The translations under genes and the position numbers were made by a program. The notes beneath the pieces are model-generated. The model made no database searches, was not told where the DNA came from, and saw only the letters and a list, made by a program, of their open reading frames with translations. From Thalassococcus halodurans (GTDB taxonomy: Bacteria > Pseudomonadota > Alphaproteobacteria > Rhodobacterales > Rhodobacteraceae), in the NCBI GenBank assembly GCA_950096585.1, contig CATNDK010000001.1, positions 104,943 to 168,942 of the forward strand: a stretch of DNA of 64,000 bases, given 5' to 3'. Below are positions 9,334-19,652 of this stretch, in pieces; position 1 is the first letter of the stretch; every line of letters starts with the position of its first letter.

Positions 9334-10638
9334 ATGGCTGATCTTACGACCAATTTCTTGGGCATCACTTCGCCGAACCCGTTCTGGCTGGCCTCTGCCC
9401 CTCCCACGGACAAAGAATACAACGTCCGTCGCGCATTCGAGGCCGGCTGGGGCGGTGTTGTCTGGAAAACGCTGGGATCGGAAGGCCCCCCAATCGTCAA
9501 CGTGAACGGCCCCCGCTATGGCGCGATCTATGGTGCTGATCGCCGCCTTCTGGGCCTGAACAACATTGAACTGATCACAGACCGTCCCTTGGAAACTAAC
9601 CTTGAGGAAATGGCCCGCGTCAAAGCCGATTACCCGGACCGCGCGCTGATCGCGTCCATCATGGTCCCGTGTGAGGAGGAAGCGTGGAAAGCGATCCTGC
9701 CCCGCGTGGCCGAAACCAACGCCGACGGGATTGAGCTGAACTTCGGATGTCCCCACGGGATGAGCGAGCGGGGCATGGGTGCTGCCGTCGGTCAGGTGCC
9801 CGAGTACATCGAGATGGTCACGCGCTGGTGCAAAAAATACTACGACCGCCCTGTCATCGTGAAGCTGACGCCGAACATCACTGACGTTCGTTATCCTGCG
9901 CGAGCCGCAAAGAACGGTGGTGCGGATGCGGTCAGCCTGATCAACACGATCTCGTCCATCACGTCCGTTAACCTCGATAACTTCAGCCCTGAACCGTCGA
10001 TTGACGGCAAAGGCAGCCACGGTGGCTATTGTGGCCCGGCGGTGAAGCCTATCGCGATGAACATGGTTGCCGAAATTGCCCGTGATCCGGAAACGCATGG
10101 TCTGCCCATCAGCGGCATTGGTGGGGTCACCACATGGCGCGACGCGGCTGAATTCATGTCGCTAGGCGCTGGCAACGTCCAGGTTTGCACGGCAGCGATG
10201 ACCTATGGCTTCAAGATCGTGCAGGAAATGATCACTGGTCTATCTGAATGGATGGACAAAAAGGGCTACACATCGACATCTGACTTCATCGGTCAGGCCG
10301 TGCCCAACGTGACCGACTGGCAGTACCTGAACCTGAACTACATCGCCAAGGCCAAGATCGATCAGGACGCCTGCATCAAATGCGGTCGCTGCTATATCGC
10401 GTGCGAAGATACCAGCCATCAGGCGATCTGGATGAAGGAAGGCCGCGTGTTCGAGGTCAACGATGCCGAATGCGTGGCATGCAACCTTTGCGTCGATGTT
10501 TGCCCGATCGAAGGCTGCATCACGATGGAACGGATGCCAGCAGGCGCAACAGACCCGCGTACAGGCCAGACCGTTCAGGAAGAATACGCCAACTGGACGA
10601 TGCACCCGAACAACCCGTCCTCGCAGGCGGCGGAATAA
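9334..10638 (+). CDS. preA: Dihydropyrimidine dehydrogenase, FMN subunit (PreA/PydA)
   Basis: NPFWLASAPPT, ELNFGCPHGM, KLTPNITD, and C-terminal CIKCGRC / CVACNLC ferredoxin motifs. Confidence 0.96.
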   Translation: MADLTTNFLGITSPNPFWLASAPPTDKEYNVRRAFEAGWGGVVWKTLGSEGPPIVNVNGPRYGAIYGADRRLLGLNNIELITDRPLETNLEEMARVKADYPDRALIASIMVPCEEEAWKAILPRVAETNADGIELNFGCPHGMSERGMGAAVGQVPEYIEMVTRWCKKYYDRPVIVKLTPNITDVRYPARAAKNGGADAVSLINTISSITSVNLDNFSPEPSIDGKGSHGGYCGPAVKPIAMNMVAEIARDPETHGLPISGIGGVTTWRDAAEFMSLGAGNVQVCTAAMTYGFKIVQEMITGLSEWMDKKGYTSTSDFIGQAVPNVTDWQYLNLNYIAKAKIDQDACIKCGRCYIACEDTSHQAIWMKEGRVFEVNDAECVACNLCVDVCPIEGCITMERMPAGATDPRTGQTVQEEYANWTMHPNNPSSQAAE

Positions 10639-10642
10639 AAAT

Positions 10643-10685
10643 CGGGGCGCTGCATGGCTTTGATGCAGATTTGTGCAGCGCCCCG
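10643..10685 (+). terminator. 12-bp GC-rich stem-loop after preA (terminator or mRNA-stabilising hairpin)
   Basis: CGGGGCGCTGCA...TGCAGCGCCCCG inverted repeat; no U-tract. Confidence 0.5.
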
Positions 10686-10724
10686 CTCAAACCATTCTCA
10701 GGCCAGAAGCGCACAGAATAAATC

Positions 10725-10740
10725 TTGACCGGCTGGTCAG
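10725..10740. promoter_or_regulatory. Putative RutR/PydR operator
   Basis: TTGACC-GGCT-GGTCAG, near-perfect RutR box, upstream of the carbamoylase-hydA-ABC operon. Confidence 0.75.
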
Positions 10741-10823
10741 TTTCTGTTCGCCTAGTGGCGATCCAGTGATCCAAGCCCGACCAAGCCAAAAGGCGTAGGG
10801 CACGACAACAGGGAGACATGCTT

Positions 10824-12074
10824 ATGCCCGCACCCGGTGAAAACCTGCGGATCAATGGCGACCGTCTTTGGGACAGTCTGATGGATATGGCCAAAATCGG
10901 CCCCGGTGTTGCGGGCGGTAACAACCGCCAGACTCTGACCGACGCCGACGGCGAAGGCCGCGCGCTATTTAAGCAATGGTGCGATGACGCGGGCTGTACG
11001 ATGGGTGTCGATTCCATGGGCAACATGTTCGCCCGCCGCGAAGGCACCGATCCGGACGCGCTGCCTGTTTACGTCGGCTCTCACCTTGATACGCAACCCA
11101 CCGGCGGCAAATACGACGGTGTTCTGGGCGTTCTAGGCGGGCTAGAGGTGATCCGGTCGCTCAATGACATGGGCATCAAAACCAAACACCCGATTGTTGT
11201 GACCAATTGGACCAACGAAGAAGGCACGCGCTTTGCCCCCGCCATGCTGGCCTCGGGTGTGTTTGCCGGTGTTCACACTCAAGACTGGGCCGAAGACCGT
11301 ACGGATGCTCAGGGAAAACGGTTTGGCGATGAACTGGACCGGATCGGCTGGCGCGGGGATGAACCCGTCGGCGCCCGCAAGATGCACGCGTTTTTCGAAC
11401 TGCACATCGAACAGGGCCCGATCCTAGAAGCGGAAGGCAAAGACATCGGTGTCGTGACACATGGTCAGGGTCTGGCGTGGATTCAGGTGACGATCACCGG
11501 CAAAGATGCGCACACAGGCTCTACCCCCATGCCGATGCGCAAGAACGCGGGCCTTGGAATGGCGCGCATTCTGGAAAAGGTCGATGAAATCGCATGGTCC
11601 CACAAACCCCACGCCGTGGGCGCCGCGGGGCACATCGATGTCTACCCGAACTCGCGCAATGTGATCCCCGGTAAGGTTGTCTTTACTGTCGATTTCCGTT
11701 CACCCGATCTGGCCGTCATTCAGGACATGGAAAAGCGCCTGTATGAAGAGGGCGAAAAGATCGCCGCTGACATGGGCCTGACGATTGAATTTGAAAAGGT
11801 TGGCGGTTTTGACCCCGTCGCCTTTGACGATGGCTGTGTCAGCGCCATTCGCGGCGCGGCGGAACGTCTGGGTTATTCCCACATGAATATCATTTCGGGC
11901 GCTGGGCACGATGCCTGCTGGATCAATCAGGTGGCCCCGACCGCAATGGTGATGTGCCCTTGTGTCGATGGCCTAAGCCACAACGAAGCCGAAGAGATTT
12001 CGAAAGAATGGGCGACAGCAGGCGCTGACGTTCTTCTGCACGCCGTGGTCGAAACGGCCGAGATCGTATCGTGA
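10824..12074 (+). CDS. Beta-ureidopropionase / N-carbamoyl-L-amino-acid hydrolase (M20 Zn hydrolase, PydC-like)
   Basis: GSHLDTQPTGGKYDG, WTNEEGTRF, ELHIEQGP, SGAGHDA, SHNEAE; pyrimidine cluster context. Alternative start at 10818. Confidence 0.93.
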   Translation: MPAPGENLRINGDRLWDSLMDMAKIGPGVAGGNNRQTLTDADGEGRALFKQWCDDAGCTMGVDSMGNMFARREGTDPDALPVYVGSHLDTQPTGGKYDGVLGVLGGLEVIRSLNDMGIKTKHPIVVTNWTNEEGTRFAPAMLASGVFAGVHTQDWAEDRTDAQGKRFGDELDRIGWRGDEPVGARKMHAFFELHIEQGPILEAEGKDIGVVTHGQGLAWIQVTITGKDAHTGSTPMPMRKNAGLGMARILEKVDEIAWSHKPHAVGAAGHIDVYPNSRNVIPGKVVFTVDFRSPDLAVIQDMEKRLYEEGEKIAADMGLTIEFEKVGGFDPVAFDDGCVSAIRGAAERLGYSHMNIISGAGHDACWINQVAPTAMVMCPCVDGLSHNEAEEISKEWATAGADVLLHAVVETAEIVS

Positions 12075-12129
12075 CAGAACGGCACAAACCGATAAGCTAT
12101 ACGAATTCAATGATCCGAGGAGTATTTCC

Positions 12130-13584
12130 ATGACCACTGTGATCAAGAACGGAACGGTCGTCACCCATGACCTGACCTACAATGCAGATGTTCTGATTGA
12201 GAACGGCCAGATCATTGAAATCGGGCAGGGATTGTCGGGCAACGAAGTGTTGGACGCCACGGGTTGCTACGTAATGCCGGGTGGTATCGATCCGCACACC
12301 CACCTTGAGATGCCGTTCATGGGCACATACTCGAGCGATGATTTCGAAAGCGGCACACGCGCGGCGCTGTCCGGTGGCACCACGATGGTTGTCGACTTCG
12401 CGCTGCCGTCGCCGGGTCAGGGCCTGCTGGACGCGATCCAGATGTGGGACAACAAATCGACCCGCGCGAATTGTGACTATTCCTTCCACATGGCCGTCAC
12501 ATGGTGGAGCGAACAGGTCTTTGATGAAATGGAAACCGTGATCAAGGATCGCGGGATCAACACGTTCAAACACTTCATGGCCTACAAAGGCGCGTTGATG
12601 GTCAACGATGATGAACTTTACGCATCGTTCAACCGTCTCGCCGATCTGGGCGGCATCGCCATGGTGCACGCCGAAAACGGCGATGTGGTTGCAGAATTGT
12701 CCGCCAAGCTTCTGGCAGAGGGCAACACAGGCCCCGAAGCACACGCCTATTCCCGCCCCCCGCAGGTCGAAGGCGAAGCAACCAACCGCGCGATCATGAT
12801 CGCCGACATGGCGGGTGTTCCGCTCTATGTTGTCCACACGTCTTGCGAAGAATCCCACGAGGCCATCCGCCGCGCCCGCCAGCAGGGCAAGCGCGTTTGG
12901 GGTGAACCGCTGATCCAGCACCTGACCTTGGACGACAGCGAATACTTCAACACTGATTGGGACCATGCCGCGCGCCGCGTCATGTCGCCCCCGTTCCGCA
13001 ACAAACAGCATCAGGATAGCCTGTGGGCGGGGCTTCAGTCCGGCTCTCTTTCCGTCGTGGCAACCGACCACTGTGCATTCACGACCGAGCAGAAACGCTA
13101 TGGCGTTGGCGACTTTACAAAGATCCCGAACGGAACCGGCGGGCTCGAGGACCGTATGCCAATGCTCTGGACATACGGCGTAGGCACGGGTCGACTGACC
13201 CCGAACGAATTCGTCGCCGTTACGTCGACCAACATTGCGAAAATCCTGAATTGTTATCCGAAAAAGGGTGCGGTTCTGGTCGGCGCGGATGCGGACCTTG
13301 TTGTCTGGGATCCCGAGAAGGAAAAAACGATCACAAGCAGCACACAGCAGTCTGCAATCGATTACAACGTGTTCGAGGGCAAAAAGGTCAAAGGCCTGCC
13401 GCGCTACACGCTGACCCGTGGGCAGGTCGCCGTGATGGATGGTGAAATCAAAACCCAAGAAGGCCATGGCGAGTTCGTCAAACGTGAACCCAACACGCCT
13501 GTGAATCGCGCCCTCAGCACTTGGAAAGAACTGACCTCGCCCCGTCCGGTCGAGCGAACAGGAATACCCGCAACCGGTGTTTGA
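12130..13584 (+). CDS. hydA: Dihydropyrimidinase
   Basis: PGGIDPHTHL, FKHFMAYKG, VHAENG, ATDHCAF, IPNGTGGLEDRM. Confidence 0.96.
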   Translation: MTTVIKNGTVVTHDLTYNADVLIENGQIIEIGQGLSGNEVLDATGCYVMPGGIDPHTHLEMPFMGTYSSDDFESGTRAALSGGTTMVVDFALPSPGQGLLDAIQMWDNKSTRANCDYSFHMAVTWWSEQVFDEMETVIKDRGINTFKHFMAYKGALMVNDDELYASFNRLADLGGIAMVHAENGDVVAELSAKLLAEGNTGPEAHAYSRPPQVEGEATNRAIMIADMAGVPLYVVHTSCEESHEAIRRARQQGKRVWGEPLIQHLTLDDSEYFNTDWDHAARRVMSPPFRNKQHQDSLWAGLQSGSLSVVATDHCAFTTEQKRYGVGDFTKIPNGTGGLEDRMPMLWTYGVGTGRLTPNEFVAVTSTNIAKILNCYPKKGAVLVGADADLVVWDPEKEKTITSSTQQSAIDYNVFEGKKVKGLPRYTLTRGQVAVMDGEIKTQEGHGEFVKREPNTPVNRALSTWKELTSPRPVERTGIPATGV

Positions 13585-13629
13585 TCTGTAAACCCATACC
13601 CAGCCAGACACCCAAGCAAGGAAGACCCT

Positions 13630-14406
13630 ATGAAGACCCCTGTGATTCAGGCCAAGGACCTGAACCTCACGTTTGAAACGAATGACGGACCTGTCCATGC
13701 GCTGAAAGGCGTGAACCTTGATATCCAGCAGGGCGATTTCGTTTCCTTCATCGGGCCGTCTGGTTGCGGCAAGACCACGTTTCTACGCTGTATCGCTGGC
13801 TTGGAAACGCCCACCGGCGGGTCACTGACCGTTAATGGCATGTCGCCCGATGACGCACGTAAGGCACGCGCTTACGGATATGTGTTTCAGGCGGCGGGCC
13901 TGTACCCGTGGCGCACCATTGGCGGCAACATCCGCTTGCCGCTGGAAATCATGGGCTATTCCAAACAGAAGCAGGCCGAGCAGGTTCAGCGCACGCTGGA
14001 GTTGGTCGACCTTGCGGGTTTTGAAAAGAAGTTCCCATGGCAGTTGTCAGGCGGCATGCAGCAACGCGCGTCAATCGCGCGCGCACTCGCTTTTGATGCC
14101 GATATCCTGCTGATGGACGAACCCTTTGGCGCACTGGATGAAATTGTGCGCGACCACCTGAACGCAGAACTGCTTAAGCTGTGGGATCGCACAGGTAAAA
14201 CCGTGGGCTTTGTCACCCACTCGATCCCCGAGGCGGTGTTCCTGTCGACCAAGATCGTCGTGATGTCGCCGCGTCCGGGTCGGATCACCGATGTGATTGA
14301 AAGCACGCTGCCCCGTGAACGCCCCTTGGAAATTCGCGATTCAAAGGAATTCATCGAAATCGCTCACCGTGTCCGCGAAGGCCTGAAGGCAGGATCAGAG
14401 GTCTAG
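13630..14406 (+). CDS. Pyrimidine/NitT-TauT family ABC transporter ATP-binding protein
   Basis: Walker A GPSGCGKT, LSGGMQQR signature, LLMDEPF. Confidence 0.93.
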   Translation: MKTPVIQAKDLNLTFETNDGPVHALKGVNLDIQQGDFVSFIGPSGCGKTTFLRCIAGLETPTGGSLTVNGMSPDDARKARAYGYVFQAAGLYPWRTIGGNIRLPLEIMGYSKQKQAEQVQRTLELVDLAGFEKKFPWQLSGGMQQRASIARALAFDADILLMDEPFGALDEIVRDHLNAELLKLWDRTGKTVGFVTHSIPEAVFLSTKIVVMSPRPGRITDVIESTLPRERPLEIRDSKEFIEIAHRVREGLKAGSEV

Positions 14407-14407
14407 G

Positions 14408-15355
14408 ATGAAGCACCTTTTGCCAGTCCTGACCGTGGTGATCGCGCTTCTGGCGGTGTGGTACATTGCCTGTATCCCGATGAACGTGAAAGAGGTGCTG
14501 ACAACCGCCGAACGCGCAGGTGTTCCCATCGACCCACCCAGCGCGGCTGAACGGCGCGATATGGGCCATCTGGCGCTGGTTCTGCGCAACACCGATGCCT
14601 TAGGCGGAAGCTGGTCACAGGACCGCGCACGCCTGCCATCGCCGCACCAGATCACCGCCGAGCTTTGGAAAAGCACGTGGGAGGAAGAGGTCAACGGCCG
14701 TCGCGGCATCGTCCGCTCGGGCAGCCTGTCAAATCGGTCCTTGATCTATCACGGCTGGATCACGCTAAGCGCTACGTTTGTGGGTTTTCTGATCGGTGCT
14801 GGTCTGGGCGTATTGCTGGCCGTCGGCATCGTGCATTCCCGCGTCATGGACATGAGCGTGATGCCATGGGCTATCATCAGCCAGACCATTCCCATCGTCG
14901 CGCTCGCGCCCATGATTATTGTCGTGCTGTATTCTGTTGGCATCAACGGACTGATCCCCAAAGCCATTATCAGTGCGTACCTCAGCTTTTTCCCTGTCGT
15001 CGTCGGTATGGTCAAAGGCCTACGCGCTCCGGATCACATGCAGCTTGATCTTCTGAAAACCTACAACGCCACAAAGTCCCAGACCTTCTGGAAATTGCGC
15101 CTGCCATCCTCGGTGCCTTATCTGTTCACTTCGCTGAAAATCGGCATCGCGGCATCGTTGGTGGGTGCCATCGTGGGCGAACTGCCGGTTCAGCGCGGCG
15201 GCCTTGGCGCACGCATGTTGGGCGGGTCTTACTATGGTCAAACAGAACAAATCTGGGCAGCACTGTTTGTGGCTGCGGGTATGGCCGCGCTGCTGGTATG
15301 GCTGATCGGCTGGCTTGAAAAGCGGACGCTGACAAGAATGGGGATGCTGACATGA
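14408..15355 (+). CDS. ABC transporter permease (NitT/TauT family)
   Basis: Multiple TM segments; QTIPIVALAP and KLRLPSSVPYLFTSLKI motifs. Confidence 0.9.
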   Translation: MKHLLPVLTVVIALLAVWYIACIPMNVKEVLTTAERAGVPIDPPSAAERRDMGHLALVLRNTDALGGSWSQDRARLPSPHQITAELWKSTWEEEVNGRRGIVRSGSLSNRSLIYHGWITLSATFVGFLIGAGLGVLLAVGIVHSRVMDMSVMPWAIISQTIPIVALAPMIIVVLYSVGINGLIPKAIISAYLSFFPVVVGMVKGLRAPDHMQLDLLKTYNATKSQTFWKLRLPSSVPYLFTSLKIGIAASLVGAIVGELPVQRGGLGARMLGGSYYGQTEQIWAALFVAAGMAALLVWLIGWLEKRTLTRMGMLT

Positions 15356-16203
15356 TCCTTGTTGTTCTTGCCTTCGTCTTCTGGATCGCCGCATGGGGCC
15401 TGAACGGCTATCTGGCCAACGGACCCTTCGCGAAACAGCCTTGGGTGTCGATTGCTGTGCCCGCGATTTTTGGCATTACCATACTCGTGTGCTGGGAACT
15501 GATCGTGCGTGGTGCCGGGGTTCCGGCTGTGATCCTGCCGCCGCCTACCCAGATTGCCAGCACTCTGGTTGCCAATCTGGACGTGATCTGGGGCGATTTC
15601 GTTCAGACCTTCATCAAGGGTGCGCTGTCCGGCTATTTGATCGGTTGCGGCGCGGGATTCCTTCTGGCGATCCTCGTGGACCGCTACCAGTTCCTTCGCA
15701 AAGGTCTGCTGCCTGTTGGCAACTTCATGGCCGCACTTCCCATCGTTGGTACGGCGCCCATCCTTGTGATGTGGTTCGGTTTCGACTGGCAGTCCAAGGC
15801 GGCAGTTGTTGTCATCATGGTGTTCTTCCCGATGCTGGTGAACACCGTTGCGGGCCTACGGGACACGACGGCCATGCAGCGCGATCTGATGCGCACCTAT
15901 GGCGCGGGCTATTTCCAGACGCTGTTCAAACTGCGCCTGCCCGCTGCGATGCCGTTCATTTTCAACGGTCTGAAAATTACAACTACCTTGGCCCTGATCG
16001 GTGCGATCGTGGCCGAGTTCTTTGGATCACCGACACGAGGCATGGGGTTCCGTATCTCGACTTCGGTCGGTCAACTGGCGCTGGACATGGTCTGGGCCGA
16101 AATTGTCGCCGCTGCGATAGCAGGCAGCCTTTTCTATGGCGCGGTGACTTTCCTCGAACAACGGGTGACATTCTGGCACCCCAGTCAGAGGGCAAAACAA
16201 TAA
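15352..16203 (+). CDS. ABC transporter permease (NitT/TauT family)
   Basis: TM segments; KLRLPAAMPFIFNGLKI, GAIVAEFFG; ATGA overlap with the previous gene. Confidence 0.9.
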   Translation: MILVVLAFVFWIAAWGLNGYLANGPFAKQPWVSIAVPAIFGITILVCWELIVRGAGVPAVILPPPTQIASTLVANLDVIWGDFVQTFIKGALSGYLIGCGAGFLLAILVDRYQFLRKGLLPVGNFMAALPIVGTAPILVMWFGFDWQSKAAVVVIMVFFPMLVNTVAGLRDTTAMQRDLMRTYGAGYFQTLFKLRLPAAMPFIFNGLKITTTLALIGAIVAEFFGSPTRGMGFRISTSVGQLALDMVWAEIVAAAIAGSLFYGAVTFLEQRVTFWHPSQRAKQ

Positions 16204-16248
16204 GTTCAGGCTGCGATGCTAAAACGCATATCCGACTAGGAGGTCGAC

Positions 16249-17244
16249 ATGAAAAATTACATCTACGCGGCAGCGGCTGCACTGGGGTTGGCAAGCCCCG
16301 CTATGGCTGCAAGTCATCTCGAAGACGTCACGCTTCAGCTGAAATGGGTCACGCAGGCCCAGTTCGCGGGCTACTATGTGGCGCTTGAACAGGGCTTCTA
16401 CGAAGAAGAGGGTCTGAACGTCACCGTCCTGCCCGGTGGCCCTGATATCGCACCCACCCAAGTCATCGCCGGTGGTGGTGCCGATGTAACCGTTGAATGG
16501 ATGCCCGCCGCGCTGGCCGCCCGTGAAAAGGGCCTGCCGCTGGTGAACATCGCCCAGCCGTTCAAATCCTCTGGCATGATGCTGACCTGCTGGGGCGATG
16601 TTGGCATCGAAGGACCCGAGTCGCTTGCAAACCGCACGCTGGGCGTCTGGTTCTTCGGCAACGAATTCCCGTTCCTTAGCTGGATGGCACAGCTTGGTAT
16701 CGAAACCGATGGCAAAGACGAAAACGGTGTCGAGGTTCTGAAGCAGGGCTTCAACGTCGATCCGCTGCTTCAGCGTCAGGCGGACTGCATTTCCACCATG
16801 ACGTATAACGAATACTGGCAGGTCATCGACTCGGGCGTGTCGCCGGATGAACTGGTGACCTTCAAGTACGAAGATCAGGGCGTCGCTACACTCGAAGACG
16901 GCCTTTACGTGCTGGAAGAAAACCTTGCCGATCCGGCCTTCAAAGACAAAATGGTGCGTTTCGTGAAGGCCTCGATGAAGGGCTGGAAGTGGGCCGAAGA
17001 AAACCCCGAAGACGCTGCCATGATCGTTCTGGATTATGACGAGGCCGGCGCACAGACCGAAGAACATCAGATCCGCATGATGGGCGAAGTGGCCAAGCTG
17101 ACAGCAGGCTCGAACGGCGCGCTTGATCCGGCGGACTATGAGCGCACTGTTCAGACGCTTCTGGCGGGTGGTTCCGATCCGGTTATCACGGCAGAGCCGA
17201 CCGGCGCTTACACGCTGGATATCACAGACGCTGCTCTGGAATAA
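16249..17244 (+). CDS. ABC transporter substrate-binding protein (NMT1/THI5-like; pyrimidine)
   Basis: Signal peptide; LQLKWVTQAQFAGYYVA. Confidence 0.92.
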   Translation: MKNYIYAAAAALGLASPAMAASHLEDVTLQLKWVTQAQFAGYYVALEQGFYEEEGLNVTVLPGGPDIAPTQVIAGGGADVTVEWMPAALAAREKGLPLVNIAQPFKSSGMMLTCWGDVGIEGPESLANRTLGVWFFGNEFPFLSWMAQLGIETDGKDENGVEVLKQGFNVDPLLQRQADCISTMTYNEYWQVIDSGVSPDELVTFKYEDQGVATLEDGLYVLEENLADPAFKDKMVRFVKASMKGWKWAEENPEDAAMIVLDYDEAGAQTEEHQIRMMGEVAKLTAGSNGALDPADYERTVQTLLAGGSDPVITAEPTGAYTLDITDAALE

Positions 17245-17262
17245 TCAGCGACCAAGAAAAAC

Positions 17263-17291
17263 AAAAACGCCCCGATTGTTCGGGGCGTTTT
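17263..17291. terminator. Bidirectional intrinsic terminator
   Basis: AAAAACGCCCCGA-TTGT-TCGGGGCGTTTT between convergent genes. Confidence 0.85.
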
Positions 17292-17296
17292 GCGTT

Positions 17297-17914
17297 TCAG
17301 GTGTTCGGATCAAGAAGTTTGCGGAACACCATATCCAGGAAAATTTCTGCCCCTTTGAACGGGTCTTTCTTGCCCAGGATTGCCCTGATCTGCACTTCGA
17401 AATCCGCATAGTGCTGTGTCAGCGCCCAGATGGAAAAGATCAGGTGCACGGGATCGACCTTGGCGATTTTGCCCTCTGCGATCCAGCCTTCGATAATTGC
17501 GGCCTTTTCGTCGACCAAGTCTTTCAGCCCGCCTTCCATGATTTCAGTCAGGCGCGGCGCACCTTGCAGAGTTTCGTTTGCAAACAGGCGGCTTTCGCGC
17601 GGCATCTCTTTGCTCATCTGCAGTTTGCGTTGAACGTATTGCAGCAATTCTTCGCGCGGCTCGCCGTTCGCATCGATGTCGCGAAGCGGTTGTAGCCAGA
17701 TATCCAGCAAGTCCACCAGAAGGGTGCGGTGGATGTCTTCTTTGCTTGAGAAATAGTAGATCAGGTTCGGCTTGGACAGGCCCGCCTCAGAAGCGATTTG
17801 ATCAAGCGTAGAACCGCGAAACCCGTTCTGGGAAAAAACCTCAAGCGCGGCATCCAGAATACGTTTGCGGTTGCGCAACTGAATGCGGCTAAAGGTTTTT
17901 TCGGGTTCTGTCAT
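17297..17914 (-). CDS. rutR: TetR-family regulator RutR/PydR
   Basis: HTH ILDAALEVFSQNGFRGSTLDQIASEAGLSKPNLIYYF; TetR_C_3-type PRESRLFANE and IFSIWALTQHYADF; start set at MTEPEK. Confidence 0.88.
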   Translation of the reverse strand: MTEPEKTFSRIQLRNRKRILDAALEVFSQNGFRGSTLDQIASEAGLSKPNLIYYFSSKEDIHRTLLVDLLDIWLQPLRDIDANGEPREELLQYVQRKLQMSKEMPRESRLFANETLQGAPRLTEIMEGGLKDLVDEKAAIIEGWIAEGKIAKVDPVHLIFSIWALTQHYADFEVQIRAILGKKDPFKGAEIFLDMVFRKLLDPNT

Positions 17915-17980
17915 AGGTCTATTCCATACAAGTAGGCAAAATCTAACAGCCCATCCGCCCAAGCGCGAGACCTAACAAAG

Positions 17981-18009
17981 AAAAACGCCCTGCCAGTGTG
18001 GCAGAGCGT
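17981..18009 (-). terminator. Intrinsic terminator after the peptide ABC substrate-binding gene
   Basis: AAAAACGCCCTGCCA-GTG-TGGCAGAGCGT; U-tract on the minus strand. Confidence 0.7.
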
Positions 18010-18038
18010 CCTATCATTTCAGCAATCAGGTCGCGAAA

Positions 18039-19583
18039 TCAGGCATTCCACCAGCGTTCTGCCAGACGCGAGTTGTCCATCTGCCAAAGGTTGCCGACGT
18101 TCTCGGGTGTCGCGATCTTGTTCGATACGGCCTGAACCCAGTTGGCAAACATCGGGATAATCACGCCACCTTCGTCACGCAGGATCATCTGCATTTCGGT
18201 GTATTGATCGCGGCGTTTGCCACTGTCGAGTTCGGCACGAGCGGTGATCAACAGTTCCTGGAAACGCGGGTGATCCCAGTGGCTGTCATTCCACGGTGCG
18301 CCGGCGGCATAGGCGGATGTGAACATCCAGTCCTCGGTCGCCCGACCGGACCAGTAGCAGGCGCACCACGGCTTTTTCAGCCAAACGTTCGACCAGTAGC
18401 CATCTGCCGGTTCCTGAACCACGTTGATGTTGACGCCAGCCCGCGCAGCCGATGCCTGATACAGTTGGGCCGCATCAACCGCGCCTTCAAAGGCAGCCGA
18501 GGATGCGGAAAGATCGACGTTGATGGAATCCAGACCGGCCTGCTTCAGATAGAACTTGGCCTGATCAGGATCGTAGGGGATCGGGTCCAGTTCGGCCATA
18601 TACTGGTTTGCAGGGCCGATCGGGCTGTCTGCCGCGACGCGGCCGTGACCCATCAGGATCTTATCCAGCATTTCCTGACGGTTGATGCCGTATTTCAGCG
18701 CCTTGCGTACGTTCACATCATTGAACGGGGCAAGGTCGGTCAGCATCGGGAAGGTAAAGTGCTGGTTGCCGGTCACTTCCTGAATGCGGACGTTCGGGTT
18801 CGCTTTCAGCAGCGCTTCGGTTTTGAAATCGATCCGGTTGATCGCATCCACCTGCCCGGTCAGCAGGGCATTCATCCGTGCTGTATTGTCATTAATCGCG
18901 ATGTATTCGATTTCGTCGAACCAACCGGCGCGCCCGTCTTTGTAGTGGTTTTCCACCCGTTCACCGACAAACCGCACACCGGGGTCAAAGGATTTCACGC
19001 GGTAGATACCTGTGCCGATGCCTTGGGCAATCGCCTCTTCGATTTGACCCGCAGGATAGATCAGCAGGTGATAATCCGACATCAGGTAGGGGAAGTCGGC
19101 ATTGCCTGCTTCCAGCGTGAATTGCACCTGATGCTCGGTGATCTTTTTCATTTCCGTGATCGGGGCGACCAGCGGCTGCGCACCGGATTTCGCGCCTTCT
19201 GCGACGTGCATCTGAAGGCTTTCGATCACATCGTCTGCGCCAAAGGACTTGCCATTATGGAAGGTCACGCCCTTGCGCAGGTTGAACGTCCAGACTTTTG
19301 CGTCAGGCGTTGCTTCCCAATCTGTCGCTAGTTCGCCAATCAGGCTGCCGTCGGCGGCGACTTCGGTCAGGCTATCGAACACCGCACCCTGTGCCGAGGC
19401 GTTCATGAACAGGTCGGAATGCGTACGACCGTCCCAGCTGTCGGATGTGTTGGCACCGGACAGACCGGCAACCAGACGACCACCACGCTTTGCGGTTTGG
19501 GCGCGTACCGGAAAACCGGTTGCTGCCAGAACACCGGCTGCGGCACCGGACTTAAGCAATCCGCGTCTACTAATTCGTGTCAT
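18039..19583 (-). CDS. Dpp/Opp family-5 ABC substrate-binding protein with Tat signal
   Basis: SRRGLLK twin-arginine motif; WTFNLRKGVTFHNG family-5 motif. Confidence 0.92.
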   Translation of the reverse strand: MTRISRRGLLKSGAAAGVLAATGFPVRAQTAKRGGRLVAGLSGANTSDSWDGRTHSDLFMNASAQGAVFDSLTEVAADGSLIGELATDWEATPDAKVWTFNLRKGVTFHNGKSFGADDVIESLQMHVAEGAKSGAQPLVAPITEMKKITEHQVQFTLEAGNADFPYLMSDYHLLIYPAGQIEEAIAQGIGTGIYRVKSFDPGVRFVGERVENHYKDGRAGWFDEIEYIAINDNTARMNALLTGQVDAINRIDFKTEALLKANPNVRIQEVTGNQHFTFPMLTDLAPFNDVNVRKALKYGINRQEMLDKILMGHGRVAADSPIGPANQYMAELDPIPYDPDQAKFYLKQAGLDSINVDLSASSAAFEGAVDAAQLYQASAARAGVNINVVQEPADGYWSNVWLKKPWCACYWSGRATEDWMFTSAYAAGAPWNDSHWDHPRFQELLITARAELDSGKRRDQYTEMQMILRDEGGVIIPMFANWVQAVSNKIATPENVGNLWQMDNSRLAERWWNA

Positions 19584-19652
19584 TTATCGTCTCCCTGTTT
19601 TTCCTCGGCGGGGGTCTCCCGCAATTTTGGTGCACTTCTTGGGAAGCGTCTT

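Noticed and set aside
8782-10098. 438-aa antisense ORF opposite preT/preA
   Set aside because: Shadow ORF produced by codon bias of the well-supported genes on the other strand; no recognisable motifs
12097-13698. 533-aa antisense ORF opposite hydA
   Set aside because: Mirrors hydA almost exactly; typical antisense shadow in high-GC DNA
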